Part shown: piece by piece, positions 24,777-39,398 of the stretch | Layout of the letters: the number at the start of each line of letters is the position of its first letter | How positions within the stretch are numbered: the stretch's first letter is position 1 | Assembly (NCBI RefSeq): GCF_006345805.1 | Contig: NC_042998.1 | Span: 128,092,001 to 128,156,000, forward strand | Direction: 5' to 3' | DNA from: Octopus sinensis | Lineage: Eukaryota | DNA: 64,000 nucleotides | Notes under the pieces: generated by a model | What the model saw: the letters and a program-made list of their open reading frames with translations, nothing else | Database searches by the model: none | Told to the model about the DNA's origin: nothing | Position numbers and translations under genes: made by a program

Positions 24777-27211
24777 ATCCTTGTTAGAGTATTCACGTAA
24801 ATGGAGTCGGGACAGGTTAGTTTCTGCTTGCATCAAGTCATTGTAATAATGAAATCAAACTAGATAATAACATTTTGAAAGATGTTATTCGTGCTTACTT
24901 TGCGCATGAATAAAATTGAACCTGAGGGTTAAATGCTGACCCTGACCCTTAAAGACGCCCTTGTAACCCTTATGTATTATTTATGTGGTTGTATCCACTG
25001 AGATTCCTGGATTAGCGATATTATTTTCATGATTGCCCCAGAATTGCTTTCAGGACACTTGGGTTTATTACTGGACTTGAGGCTCCTGTTAAAAGGTCTA
25101 GCGTGCCTACTGGCTGCAATATTGCTCCCCATACAAATCATGCAACTGTAGCCATATAGATGAACTGTTTGGAATATATGTACCATGTGATGAGAAGCTT
25201 TTAGAATAATTTTAATGAACTTCTTGGCAATGGTTTCATGTTGAGGTTCTATGAAGGACTGAACAAGTCATCGTAGCAGTTATTTTACGTCTCAGCTGAA
25301 CACGGTTCAGGTTTCTGAATAAATTTAATTTTCTCTTAATCCATTATTTTTCATGCAACGTGTTGCAGTTGATTTCATCTCTCTAGAACTATCTTTTAGC
25401 TGAGATGGTGGAGATTCTGCTACCAATATCGCTAACATTGTTAAAAAAATAGCCGGACATTGATTTGATTTTTTGTCACTGTAAATGAGATTTTCATTTT
25501 GTTTCATGCATCCCTTGTATTTGTGTATGCAAAGATTTAACATTGTTGTCACTAATAACATAACTATCGTTATGACAATAATATTAAGCCTTTAAAGGTC
25601 TTTGTTTTATGTATGCTATGTGCGTTTGAACTTTTAGAAATAGCTAAGCCATCATATCTGTTCAAAACTATGTCCATAGTATTATATATAGATATTTCAT
25701 TTTACGTAGGTTGAATAAGCCAACAACATCTCTGTACAGTTAAAGCAGCCTTTTGCGACATCAAAGCAATCGTTAGTGACTTTCGTTCATGCACATTTTT
25801 CAAATAACAAAGCTTGTTTTCAAACGTAATTTCCCCTGGATTTTTTTTTTCTTTGGCGTTCAGTATTGAATCTTTGTCGCATGTGAAGCAATGTTTCATG
25901 AGTCTTCATGGGTATTTTGACATATATATAAAGCCATATGGAACCATCAAGTCAAATATGATGTCTTTGGACCCTGTAGATTGTTCATGTCAATAAGGCT
26001 TTCAAAACATGTTACTGCGGTAGTTTGCCACTAGCTTCACTTTTCACTTCAATCTATTTGTTGAATTGGAGAATTTTGAGTGTCAAATAACCAGTGGCGC
26101 AAACTCTACCACAAACAAGATACCAACCACAAGTTTCTCAGCAATATTTCGGTAACGCTAACCCTTAAGATGATCTTTGGTCTCAGTGCAGGGGGCAACC
26201 TTCCGTATGTAGTTTCCGTCTATCATATTACACTCAGAAAGATATATAGAGATGTAAGGTATTCCTATGTGTAAGCGCTTTTAATAAACACACTCCATCT
26301 CACTGTTTCAAGTAAATTTTCTGTGATACATAGTGGAAGACTTATTACATTGACACAAAAATCATTAAAGTATATACAGACTCACATGAATTACTTTACT
26401 AAATAGAATATTAGCAATGTTTACTCTAAGCAATATTTTATTTCATAACGTTACAAGAACGAAACAAAGCGGTATATATCTGACAATAATAAGCTCCATC
26501 TATAATACTGACTTTTCGTAAGTATTAGCCATTAAAGACTCTGCAATTAGGGACAGAGTCAAATCCAATAGACTATGATCCTACAGCATAAACTTTTTGA
26601 ACGGGACTGTTGATTATATAGCCTCCAACACTTGACTGGTACCTTACTTTATTGACAGCAGAGGGATGAAAGACAAAGTTGAGCTTGACAACTTAGAACG
26701 TGAGGAGCCTGAACAATTAACGTAAGACATTTTATAGTGATAATAATAATTTCTGACGTAGGCAGGAAACCACAAATCTGAAGGAAGGGAAACAACTGGT
26801 TATTTTATCGCTCATTGCAGAATGAAAAACAAAGTTGAATTTTGACGTTTTTGCAACTCAGAACTTAGAATGACATAAGAAAATACTGTTACACCAAAAC
26901 GGCCGTAATGAATTGACACCAGTACATCTTTGTTTCTCATTTATATTTTATTCACCTACCCTGGAGTCTGTACTTCGGAAATTTTATAGGAAGTATTTAT
27001 ATATAAAGTACATGTCTGAACAGCCAAAGAGCGGACCTTTTCACTAAGTTGCGTCGTGTTAGCTACATACACTGCGAGAATACCAAGTGCAAACACTTCT
27101 GCACAGAGTTTGATATTCACCTGATATTGTTTGAGTATACAAATTGGATCGACCTAAGAAGGTGCCTCAATTTCAGTACCCAATTCAACTGAATATTAAT
27201 TATATTATATA

Positions 27212-27991
27212 TTGGGTCATGTCATAAATAATGCGGCCTTTTTATACTTGTTTTATTTTTAAAATGAAAATAAACAAAGTTTTTTTTTTAATCTACAATA
27301 TGCTCTTCTTCACTTTCTGCCATGCTCTTCCATCTATCTGGTAGACTTGCAAGGCCTTTTTTCCAAAATTCACTTGTCCGTGACGAAAAATACTCCTCCA
27401 GTACTGTTCTACCTCGTCTACAGAATTCATATTTTTTCCGTCCAAATCATTATGAAGACTGCTGAATAAATGATAATCGGATTGGGCAATGTCTGACAAA
27501 TATGGTGGATGGAACATCGTTTCCCATTCAAACTGCTCCAACCTTTGGAATGTCATCCGATCATTATCCTGATGGAAGAACACCTTTCGCCTAGACTTCC
27601 TCGTCTAGCTCTACAGCTTTTCCAGAACGAGGCTCGTCTTCAGGCTGTAGTTTCCGGCTCGGAATTTCTGGAACCACCGTAGACACTGGCTTATGCTTAT
27701 TGTCCGATCACCATTTACTGTATTAATATTCCTCGCACTTACCGTTGCGTTATTGCCTTTATTGAACTCAAAAAGCAAAATATGCTGTATATGCTCCTTT
27801 GTCACTTCCATTGTAGCTTTGAAATAAACAATTTAAAATCGAACTGCACTCTTCAAAACTTGCACTAAGAATAAGTCAAGGTAAAATTACTATCTGCTTT
27901 TATAGCAAGCTGATGCAGGTAGTTTATCCCGTCCCTCACGGACTTTTAGTTCATGCAATTGAAAAAACCGCATTATTAAGGGATGACCCAA
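27212..27991 (-). mobile_element. Internally deleted mariner DNA transposon
   Basis: Imperfect TIRs ttgggtcat..ataa.taatgcgg at both ends, with TA on the left. N-terminal HTH (MEVTKEHIQHILLFEFNKG...WFQKF) is joined to the C-terminal HPPYLSDIAQSDYHLF; the catalytic middle is missing. Confidence 0.9.
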
Positions 27992-28016
27992 CACACACAC
28001 ACACACTTATATACAT

Positions 28017-28054
<38 letters not shown>

Positions 28055-28528
28055 CAGGTGTAAAAAGGTTGAATTTAGATTCGTCCTTTAATTTGGAGGT
28101 TTCCCAAAAAGATTTCTAATATTGATTCTTCATATTTTACTGGAAGTTTACAGGCGTATATATAAGCGGATATGAAAATAATACTTGCATATGATGTGCT
28201 TGTGAATTGATAGAAAGAAATCCCATAAAACTCAACAATTTAGTTAAAAATGGAGAAGGGAAGTTGTTAAAATATATAAGAGAATTTTAATTCATGCAGA
28301 CGATCGTTTCGTACAACGATATAAAAATCATGCAAATTCATGATTGAAATGAATTAAATTAAATTAATAAAATATATTAATTATATATCAATGTACTCTT
28401 CAGTGCAAGAAGTATAAGCAAAACTTTTACACAAAACTTGAGAAAGGAAATAGCAGAATAAAATCTAGGAGATTCATACTTATCCTTATGAGAAAAAGAG
28501 ATGAGTCCAGTTAGGTATACATACATAA

Positions 28529-28863
28529 AGACCCCCTTCGGTCATGAATGACCATGGGATTGCACCTAGAAAGTTACCCTCCTAGACACAAGTCCGGGCA
28601 AGGTTGTTTATGGAAGACCAGCAGTCGCCCATGCATACCAGCCTCCCCTCTCCACGCCACCAGTGTTATCCAAGGGAAAGACAAAGGTCGATACAGCTTG
28701 GCACCAGTGACGTCGCAACTCATTTCTACAGCTGAGTGAACTGGAGCAACGTGAAATAAAGTGCTTTGCTCAAGAACACAACACGCAGCCCGGTCCGGGA
28801 TTCGAGCTCACAACCTCACGATCGTAAGCTCGACGCTCTAACCACTGAGCCATGCGCCTTCAC
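28529..28863 (-). mobile_element. tRNA-derived SINE, family 3
   Basis: Minus-strand head gtgaaggcgcatggctcagtggttagagcg...gagctcgaatccc with A and B boxes, then cttgagcaaagcactttatttcacgttgctccag. Confidence 0.88.
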
Positions 28864-29604
28864 ACATACAGACATACATACATACATACAAACATACATA
28901 CATACATACATACATACATACATACATGCATACATACATACATGCATGCATACATACATACATACATACATACATACATACATACATACATGCGTAGTGA
29001 GATTGCGTGTAAGGGAATATCATTTAGTTATTTCGGAATAGTAAAATGAATGTAGCATATGCTAAGAATAAAATAAAATATATCTACATTTGAACAACAT
29101 GTTTGTGAGCACAAAAGAGATAAATGGTCAGAAAAATAAAACTCCACTACATAATTTACCTCGTAGATAGAAAAGTATGTTTATATATAAGATTAATATG
29201 AAAAGTAGAAAAACAACGAAAAGAAAACGGAATACAATGAAAGATATATGGAACATTTTCCTCAGGCCAGTCACATTAGGTTAATTTGACAGACGAAATA
29301 GTAATATTGGTTGAATACACCACAATATATTTATAATGTTTACTGCATCACATGAATGCCAGAGCTATGCAATTTCAGTATAAATATAATGCTTTTATAT
29401 AATGTGCTCAAACGAGCAATCGAAGCTCCGAGATAGACGTAACGACGTTATTTAAAAGTGCCGTACAGCAGACAAACTTATTTCAGGTGATATTTAAGAA
29501 AAGGTTTCTTTCTTTTATACAACGTACCATTAAGTGAGCTACAAGACCTGTTCTATCTTTTTATAAGCTAATTAGCTTATGAACTATGTTAAGTGCATAT
29601 ATAT

Positions 29605-29706
29605 GTGGTTAGGGCAGCGGACTCGCAGTCGTAGGATCGCGGTTTCGATTCCCAGATCAGGCGTTGCGTGTGTTTATTGAGCGAAAACACCTAAAAGCTC
29701 CACGAG
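29605..29706 (+). mobile_element. tRNA-like SINE head fragment
   Basis: gtggttagggcagcggactcgcagtcgtaggatcgcggtttcgattccc. Confidence 0.7.
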
Positions 29707-29772
29707 ATATAAAAATAATGCAAATTCATGATTGAATTGAATTGAATTAAATTAATCAAATATATATATAAT

Positions 29773-30885
29773 GCCCCGCTGTGTGATATGGTGGGATCTC
29801 AGAAAGCTAGGGATTGACGAGTGGCTGGTGAAAGATGTACAGGCCATGTACAAAGACGCTGTTAGTAAAGTGGGAGTACAGCGAAGAATTTGATGTACTG
29901 GTAGGGGTTCATCAAGGATCAGTCCTTAGTCCCCTCTTTTTCATCATTGTCTTCCAGGCCATGACAGAGGAATTCAAGACTGGCATCTCTGGGAACTTTT
30001 ATACCCTGATGAATTGGCCCTCATAGCAGATTCCAAGAAATTTCATGTGTGGAAGCAAAACCTGGAATCTAAGGGCATCAAGATTAACTTAGCAAAGATT
30101 AATATCCTAGTAAGCGAGAAAACTGACAGAACCCTATCCACCTTAGATAGGTGGCCATATTCGATTTGCACGAAAGGTGTAGACAGGAACTCCATACGGT
30201 GTACCGAGTGTAAGTTATGGTCATACAAGATGTGCAGTGGATTAACGGGAAGCTTATCAGAGAAGATAGTTTTTCGTAAATGGAAGATGCACAGGATCCA
30301 TAAAAACTTTAGAGACTCGGGAAATTGATTCTCTCAAGTGCTCTGGTGGCTCATTAGAGGTAGTAGATAATTTCTGCTAACTAGGGAACCAAATTAGTAG
30401 CGGGGTTGGATGCACGGAGTGTGATAGCTAGAATAAAAATAGGATGGAGAAAATTCAAAGAAAGGTTTCTCTCTCCGGATGAAAAGAAGATTGTATGATA
30501 CATGTATACTGACAGCAATTCTACATGGTAGTGAGACATGGGTCCTGAATGCAGAGGACATGCGAAGGCTAGAAAGAAATGAGGCTAGTATTTTCCGCTG
30601 GATGTGTAATGTAAATGTAAATATTCGACAGAATGTTTAAGAGAGAAGTTAGGCATCAAAAGGAATTAGTTGGTGTGTGCAAGGGAGAAGACTGCGTTAA
30701 TTTGGTCATGTGACGCAGATAGACAGCTCCATAAAGAAGTGCCGATCTCTCAAAGTAGATGGGACACAAAGAAGTGGAAGACCCAACAAGATATGGATGA
30801 AGTACTGAAGAACGACATCAGGACGCAGAACCTTTCCGGTGAGCTGACAAAGGACCGAGATGCCTGGCGCATTACTGTACTCAAA
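29773..30885 (+). mobile_element. 5'-truncated, decayed RTE-clade LINE
   Basis: GVHQGSVLSPLFFIIV (RT motif), a decayed YADD region, a Cys/His module (WPYSICTKGVDRNSIRCTECK), and the RTE-type C-terminus. Frameshifted. Confidence 0.9.
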
Positions 30886-30886
30886 A

Positions 30887-30934
<48 letters not shown>

Positions 30935-31014
30935 TCAGCCGTGGCTTTTATCGCATTACGAAAAAAATTATATTATATATATATATATATATGGTTTTGT
31001 CTCTAATAATATTT

Positions 31015-31046
<32 letters not shown>

Positions 31047-31400
31047 CCATGGTTTATAAATATATACATCATGATGGTAGAAAAGCATATATTTCTCAGA
31101 TTCACGAGTACTTCTTACTTTAACTGTATTCAACAGCTGCTTCATCAAAACAAACACGTCCAAATGTATAATTGCATAACAGTGATAAATAATTAATTGA
31201 AATTAAATAAATTTGATACAAATTAATTTGAAAAACAATGTTTACCGAAATCATCAGGAATGTTATGTTAAGTTGATCAGAAAGCAGTTACTGGTTTAAA
31301 TACATAGAGATAATGAGAAAAAATACACTACGTAGAATAGTATGACAAAAGCAACAACAAATATATGGATAACTAAGAATAAGGATACATAAATACAAGC

Positions 31401-31465
<65 letters not shown>

Positions 31466-31467
<2 letters not shown>

Positions 31468-32590
31468 TTTCTTTATTAGCCACACAGGGCTGAACACAGA
31501 GGAGACAAATTACAAAGTAGAGCTTTCCTTTTGGGGGAGAAAACAAGGGGGGTAGGTTTTCGATCAAAAAGGGTCATAAAAAAACGATCAATAGGGATCG
31601 TGTATCAGAGAAATGTCATGATGTAAAGTGTAAAGGGGAAAAAAGATAATGTTTATCCGTGGAAAGAAAAGCCTACCGAGAAGACCACGGTAACCTCGGT
31701 CAATAATGTCACATGTTAACACATTTATTTGCGAGTAAGTAACCCTCTGCTTTAAATTTTTCCGGGTTCATATGATCATGCTCAAGGTGGCTTCGTCATT
31801 CATACGTGCCATCCTTGCTACATTCACCCATCTTTTTTTTAAACATTCGCTAGACAAAACTTGCCTCTCTACTCTCACTTTCCTTTTCAGGTGATACTTG
31901 AAGAAGTTGATGATAGATTGACCAGAGAGGAAAGTGCTTGTCTCTAATCCTTTCAGACGTGTCCACCAGAGATATTCTTTCGCCATAGCTACAAGTATGG
32001 TGAAAATAGCTCTTCCTTCCTGTTTGAAGGAAGGAGGCGTGACGATATTGACGATAGACTCGGCTGATAAACTGACTCGTCCCACACGTGACAGCAGTCG
32101 TTCGACATAAGCCCACAGGTCGGAAATGGTTGGACACTGCACGAGTGCGAGCAGAACGGTTTCGTCGCTCTGACCGCATCTCGGGCAGGTCGGCCCCGTG
32201 TTTCTTGAGCCGTATCTGTAGAGATTATCCCGAACGAGTAGCGCTTCGCAGTAGCACTGCCAGGCCAGGGATCTCTGGAAGTTGTCCATAGGTCTCGGCC
32301 CGAAAGTCGTCTTGAACAGGCGGGTCAGGTATTCCTCGTCGACGCTCAGGTTCGCCCAGATTCGCCCCGAGTTCGTCGTCGTACCTCTCCTCCACTAATT
32401 CCCTATAGAATGCCTTGGTTGTGATGCAATCGCTCAAGGTCGACCCGGGACAGCATAGTTGCTGGAAAGCAAAGCGACACTCGTGGTGTCATTCGCCCTT
32501 CCACGACCTCTTCTTGATCCATGACTGCAGCTCGGTCATGGAGACGAGCTGCAGGAAAGCGCGCCGCACAAACGGTGACCACACCTGCTC
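31466..32590 (-). mobile_element. 5'-truncated L1/Tx1-group LINE, C-terminal zinc-knuckle region and 3' UTR
   Basis: ORF 31768-32289 reads FQRSLAWQCY...CPRCGQSDETVLLALVQC (zf-RVT-like). AATAAA at the 3' end abuts (TC)n. Confidence 0.85.
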
Positions 32591-32689
32591 ATAGATATGC
32601 ATATATAAATAAGCATGTAAATACATCTTTATACTTGATCTAGGTAGCCTACAAAGCTGAGAAAGACAAATTACATGCATGTATTATGA

Positions 32690-32930
32690 GAGAGCTGCGA
32701 GATTATGAATATCGCTCTCTTTCAAAATATCAAGAATGAAGAGATTATCCGGTGTGCTGGTCTACCTCCTGGATTGAATATCTTCATTGATAGAAATTTA
32801 TGTCAGTTGGGACACAGGATGGACAACAGACACCAGACAACTCCCACTATGCCAGAAAACCAAGAAAGAAGAGAAACCATGGACGACCTAGACTGAAATT
32901 CAAAGCTACTGCAAAAATGAATATGCAGTG
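32690..32930 (+). mobile_element. RTE-type LINE C-terminal fragment
   Basis: NEEIIRCAGLP...QLGHRMDNRH...RNHGRPRLKFK resembles the RTE WLGHV.RM...GRPRLRF terminus. Confidence 0.65.
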
Positions 32931-33460
32931 GAAAGCTCTTAATTACAGTGATTTTAATCTATGATGCTTGTGCATCAATTCTCTTTATGAATATAGGCAT
33001 ATACGTATGACTGTGTTTGTATGCATACATGCTTTTCTTCGACTTTTTTTAAGTTCTTAAGAGAGGTCAAGCCGCTCGCTAACAAAGCGACAAAACTTTT
33101 TGAGTTAAGAGCGTCCAATGTTTGTAAATTGTGGTTGAGTCGGTGTGTTGGCTGAGCTGCCGATAAGCACACTCAACTGCATCTATTCGTCTAAAGACGC
33201 TCAGATGGAGTATCTTTGGAATGTCTTACAAATCTTCACTGTGTCGCTAATAAATTGGATTTCTTTTGCTCTTTCTTTGACAAACCTTGTATTTCTAAGA
33301 TTTTGTGTAAATTTGTTGGTACATAACCTAATTCAATTATGGTAATAGATACAAATGAGAATTTATAGTCATGGTAAACGAGTTGTAAGTTCCTCATTAA
33401 TTCACCATAAATGTTCTTTTTTTCTGGAATGTTCGCGGCATATATGTACGTGCATGTATT

Positions 33461-33670
<210 letters not shown>

Positions 33671-34121
33671 ATGTTCATTATTAATATGCTTTTCACTGTT
33701 GAATTTCGTTTTCGGAGAACATCACCCTTCAGAGACCATGTGTGCGTGTTGAGAATACACATGGTTCAGTAACGTAGCGGACTCTGAGACGTCAGTGTTT
33801 CGGCATCATTTTGTCTCCTAAGTCAGAGACACCACTTGGAATTCTAGAGTTAACAAAGTCAGCTAACAGAATATTTTCTCATACGTGCTTAACGCTGCCA
33901 ACCTGATATTAAATTACTGTGCACATGCAAAGCAGCTTACATTCTAAACACGTCCCGATAGATTTGGACGAGAATGTACTTTTCGCTCTTTTGCATATTC
34001 ACGTCGAAATCAACCGGAGAATGTTAAAAGTTAACATATATTATTGGTTGGATTCTCGCTGTTAATAACTTGCAAGATATACCTGTATTTATCTATATAT
34101 ATATTTATGTATATTGATACC

Positions 34122-34266
<145 letters not shown>

Positions 34267-34659
34267 TTGAGCTGGCCACCTGATGTTAGGTAAATTCTGG
34301 CCATGGTCGGTCTCAGTATTGATTTTATCTGATGCAAAAAGACACATAAGATATTTAAAAATAATATATGTATTATGCATACACATAAAATATCATCATA
34401 TAGACTACTGAAAAATATTATTGAACTGGAGATATATAATATATGATTAATACATAATGCATAAACACATCCTAAATCTTCTTCATCAGGGAGACATGGC
34501 TACGTCTCGAGGAATGTAATAAATGGTTATTTTAAATTCTTCGGAGATTTTTAATTCGCTTAGCCAGCATTATATTTATGATAATTTTAAAAAATTAATG
34601 AACCAATGTGAATAACTCAAATTTATCAATCCCATGAATATGGAGATATTCTGTTCTAC

Positions 34660-34861
34660 TTTAGGCACAAGAACCCGAAATTTGGGGGGAGGGGTAGTCG
34701 ATTAGATCGACCCAGTATGCAACTGGTACTTAATTCATCGGTCTCGAAAGGATGAAAGGCAAAGTCAACCTCGGCTGAATTTGAACTCAGGACGTAAAAA
34801 CACATGAAATACCGCGAAATATTACGTCCAGCGTGCTAACGTTTCTGCCAACTTGCCGCCT
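34660..34861 (-). mobile_element. SINE, family 1
   Basis: Reverse complement of the 609-820 type, ending ...tttctgccaacttgccgcc on the plus strand. Confidence 0.85.
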
Positions 34862-35639
34862 TGTGAATGCGGATATACTGAAAGGCATTACACTGAGTTT
34901 GGTCTTCTTTCAATTAAGATTCTTTTGCATATTCGTTGCAACACCCAATAGGTACTTTGACATATATCATTGGTCTACTCTACTGATTTCCCTTAACTTA
35001 TTAATTTCAAATATACAAATTACACTGCCGAAATTTATTTGTAATTATTATCTTTCTGCTGATTACTTGAACAGTTTTATATTATCCTGATGCGTTCTAG
35101 TTCTTCGAAACAGGCCTTCAGTTGTTCCTTATCTGCAATGATCAGACTTTATTCCCTTTATGCAAGTAAATTAACTTTAAGAGATTAATTCTTAATTTAT
35201 TAAAATGAACACCCCTTTCTACTTACACCTGCTACTAGATTTGTGGTTTTCTTTTCCAACAAGGAGGCAAAGTTCAGTTGTATATTGCAATCAGTACATC
35301 ATCACTTAACATATATAAAGCTATAGTGTCCTAAGAATTTTTTTTGTTTTTGTTTTGTGTTTTTTTCTAAGTTTTCGTTTACTAAATTTTTCGATAGACA
35401 CCCGGAAATATTTTGAGAATTATATATAATTTATATTTCGAAGAAGTTAAATTCGAAAATGTTGATGCACTTCGCATAAAGGGCAAGTATTCAAATTCCT
35501 GGACATATTAACTTAAAATTTACACTTTGTGCTTAACGTATTCCGCATCACGTGTGTATATAACACTGCTCAATTCGAATATATTTTATTTGTGCCCCGG
35601 CTGAAGTAAGGTTTAGTTGTGCTTTGTATACCAGTAGCT

Positions 35640-36330
35640 AGTTGACACATGATACTACTAACATTCGTCAAAATTAGGAAAGACAATGCTCCTACGCAAT
35701 TACTATTCAAATTCAACAAATTAGTTACTACTGGGAATTCTCAAATAGCAACTACCCTTTCTCATATAGATAAGTGTTTGCCTTTGCATAGTTCTTACAT
35801 CGCTACGTGGATACACATAAAAAATAACCGTATTTTTGTAATACATTTGCCTTTTGGCATAATAACAAATAGATTGATTTTATCGCCTTTACAAATTACA
35901 ATTTTCTTGTTCTTTTTCAAGTCCGGTAAAGCTAGATTAAGATTCTAGTTAAATAAGCTTTTGTTTATATATCTATCTATTTCCTTTACACACGACTAAA
36001 TTTTGCAATTTCTTCTCAATTTATTATACTTTTATCACTAAGAGTCTCTCGAGACTGAATAATTCAAGTAGGACATTTTATGTTTTGGTAATATTTTTCT
36101 TTGTGCCAAGATTGAAAATTGTAAATTGATCCGGGCTGAGACTTTATCTTCTTGTTTTGACAAGCATTTCCGTTATGTAAAAGTGCTAAAATTCATTAAA
36201 TTGTTGTTCTTTAAACGATGTGAAAGTGATGTCTGTACATTATTAAAAGTTGAGAAAATATTGTCGAGTAAATGTTAAACACGTAAAATAAACCATTGAT
36301 TTTTCAGAAGTTAATAGATGTATAACTTTA
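35640..36330 (-). mobile_element. Decayed Penelope-like element (PLE) ORF fragment, pre-RT region
   Basis: 35944-35824 reads NLNLALPDLKKNKKIVICKGDKINLFVIMPKGKCITKIRL, matching the PLE motif AL..LK.N..IVI.KADKG...VIM.K..Y..K. Upstream SLSPDQFTIFNLGTK resembles LS..E..VL.KG. Many stops. Confidence 0.6.
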
Positions 36331-37112
36331 AATCGGGTGTTGATGATTCTATCAGTTGTAACAAATCTTTGATGCGCTGCACGCGAACATTACGACAGAC
36401 TTTGCCTGAATTCTTGCCAGTTCATTTTTTCTCATCAGTTCTTTAGCAAACTGTTAAAACAGATACAATAAATGTTAGTGACACTACCAGCAATACAGTG
36501 GGGGTGAATTCGCATGTTTGGTTGTTCGTTATCTTCTCTGTATTGTATAATGTAGAGTTGTCTGTTAAGTTAGACACGAACAATCTCCAATTCAAGTTTT
36601 GATTGGATAATCACATATAGTGCATTACTTCAAAAGATTCTGTTGTTTAAATGTTTATTCTACATTTATACTGGGCAAGTGTAAATTTCCTCATGTGCAA
36701 CTCTACATACAACGCAGAGTAGATAACTTAAACAGTTAAATCGAAGGATATTAAGTAAAAAGCCTGTAGAAACTGCACCGGTATTATAGTAGGGTTACCA
36801 TTGCAACGGTTACTAATCGGTGCTGTTGAAACATACGTAGGTCTACGTAAAGCTGTGTATATAGAAAAAGAATTAAAGGTAATGCTATGCAACTTCGTAA
36901 TAATCCGTATTATCATTATTATTGTTGATATTATATACTTCAGCAAAACATATTGGTTAAGGTAATATATTCAGAATTATCCAACGGAATATATATCTAA
37001 ATTCTTATCTTATAAGAATGTTACTGGATTTATATATTAACTGTTGAATAATCTATTTTGAATACCTGAGAGCGAACCGGTAAACGTTTGGAGTAAACCC
37101 TTACTATTTACA

Positions 37113-37153
<41 letters not shown>

Positions 37154-37631
37154 CAGTTATTCGGTAGCCATGATAAACCTCCGAGTTTTGTCATGGCTAC
37201 CGAATAATTGTCACATATTATATTTAGAGATAAGCTATACCTGAAAGAGGCATTCCACATAATGAAACACAACTCTTCAATACTACTAAATAAATATAAC
37301 GAGGCCCAAGGTACATGCAACCACCGCTTTTTTTTTTTCATATTTTCAAAATTTAACACAAATCTAAATGCAACCTAAATCACCACACAGTACATATTCC
37401 GAACATACCTTAGGTAATCTCCATCGACCCTATTTGACTTGCCATTGTCTCCGTTTTTAATTTTCTAACTCTCCAATCTTATTTCCTGATTGTTTAATAA
37501 TACATATATGGACATGTGTACATGTGTGAGGATATACGCATATATAAATATATATATGTGTGTGTATATATGCATATGTATGTATGTGTATGTGTGTGCG
37601 TGTATGCATATATATATATGGGGGGTGCGTG

Positions 37632-37662
<31 letters not shown>

Positions 37663-38480
37663 GTGTGTGTGCATATATGCGTATGTGTTAAAGTACATAA
37701 TATGCAAGACTATATAATAGTACATATACACACGTATATGTATGTGAGTTCGCGCGTGCGTATATCAACATACACTTCTCTCTTTCTCTCTGTGATTCCT
37801 CAGCCCGCACTATCACATTAGCCAATACAATAAACACTTCCGTCTATTTTTAGAGACTTGACCGTTATATCTTATTAGTCTTCCCTTCCTTCACTACTCA
37901 CTTTAGTAACCCACCCCGTACCATTTTCGGTACCCAGCCCTCCACCTTAGTGCCGTTGAAACGTATCACCCCACTTTCCACTCAACACACATTCATTCCT
38001 TACATTCCTATCCCACCCCTACTCCTCTCCCACACTCATAATATCGTAACTGCCAACTAACACGCCTTTTTTCCTTTTCTCCTTTTTTACATTTTCTCTT
38101 CCTCTTTCTTTCTTTCTTCCTTCCTCACCTGTTCCTTTTGACCATTCTCCTCCTTTTAACATAGACATTTTTTCTCTCCTCTCTCTACTTAATACTACCA
38201 CTACATTCTCAAAACTTCATTCATGCTACAAGACCCCATTGAATGAACAGCACATGGAATCTACGTTTCCACACTTTCCATTTCTAATGACAAAATTTAC
38301 ATACTATGGACAAGAAGCATTTCTACCACTTCTACACTTTCCTCAGATAATGGAACTCTAACTATAACTTCCTACATATATTTTTATTTTTACTTTTATT
38401 CTCTTATTTCCCTTTATACCTTTTATCTCCACCCCTTCCACTTATATTGAACTCTTCTATTTAACCATCTCACATTTAAT

Positions 38481-38549
<69 letters not shown>

Positions 38550-39058
38550 CAAATTAGTAGTATAAGAAATGGATTCAAAAATTCGTGTCGCTGTCACAGG
38601 AACCTACTCTTACTGACTCGGCTATCTTTCCACATAGTAATCAATCACAAAGTGCAAAGTAGAGTGTCCATGTAACTGAAAAATCCAGAAAATCAGAGTC
38701 ATGAAATTATTTCATGAGGTTTATATAAAAACAAGGTCAAACATATACATTAATATACATACAAAATTTCCTCTAAATCTACACTGAAATTTTCCTCTTT
38801 ATATAAACAGTGTATGAATGGTTAACACCAGACAATTTAATTTTGTCAGATTTCGGCCTTCTGTACAATGTATATGCAAAGAGTTAATCTAATGATCTAG
38901 CTTTCTTTATTGACGTTAAGTCTTGAATTTACAATCGTATTATATAACATACTGAAATTAATACTTCATGAAGAAGGTTGCCAAATGGTCGTAATTCTAT
39001 GGAAGTTAAGTGGTTAAGTAAATATACATCCACCTCTCATACCTCCTGATTTTATGTT

Positions 39059-39108
<50 letters not shown>

Positions 39109-39398
39109 CGTGTGTGTGTGCGCGCGTGTGTGTGTGTTTGTTATATATAAAACAAAGATATATATGTATGATATATATATATATATATATTTGAATTTCG
39201 TTTTTTGGATTTGGTTTGCAAGATTCTTTATATGAGTTCGTGTGTTGAAACATATTCTGTTATAAGGCACAAAAAGAAAATGACTCTCCCCAGACACAAC
39301 AGTATATAGTTGAAATTTACAGAAAAACAAAAGACAAAGGCAGGCTTATGAATAACAAGCAGGTGTATTAGTTTGACGCTCGGGAAAGTGATAAAAGT

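Noticed and set aside
25200-25900. Faint resemblance to hAT transposase segments
   Set aside because: The resemblances fall on both strands, no catalytic motif or TIR is identifiable, and it needs a tBLASTn or HMM search.
28790-28863. tRNA gene
   Set aside because: It is the tRNA-derived head of a SINE, continuous with the SINE body and lacking an acceptor stem.
34465-34515. Minus-strand hairpin followed by CUGAUGA
   Set aside because: No stem II or GAAA follows.
36432-36438. CUGAUGA upstream of the Penelope-like remnant
   Set aside because: No foldable stem II, GAAA or stem III could be completed.
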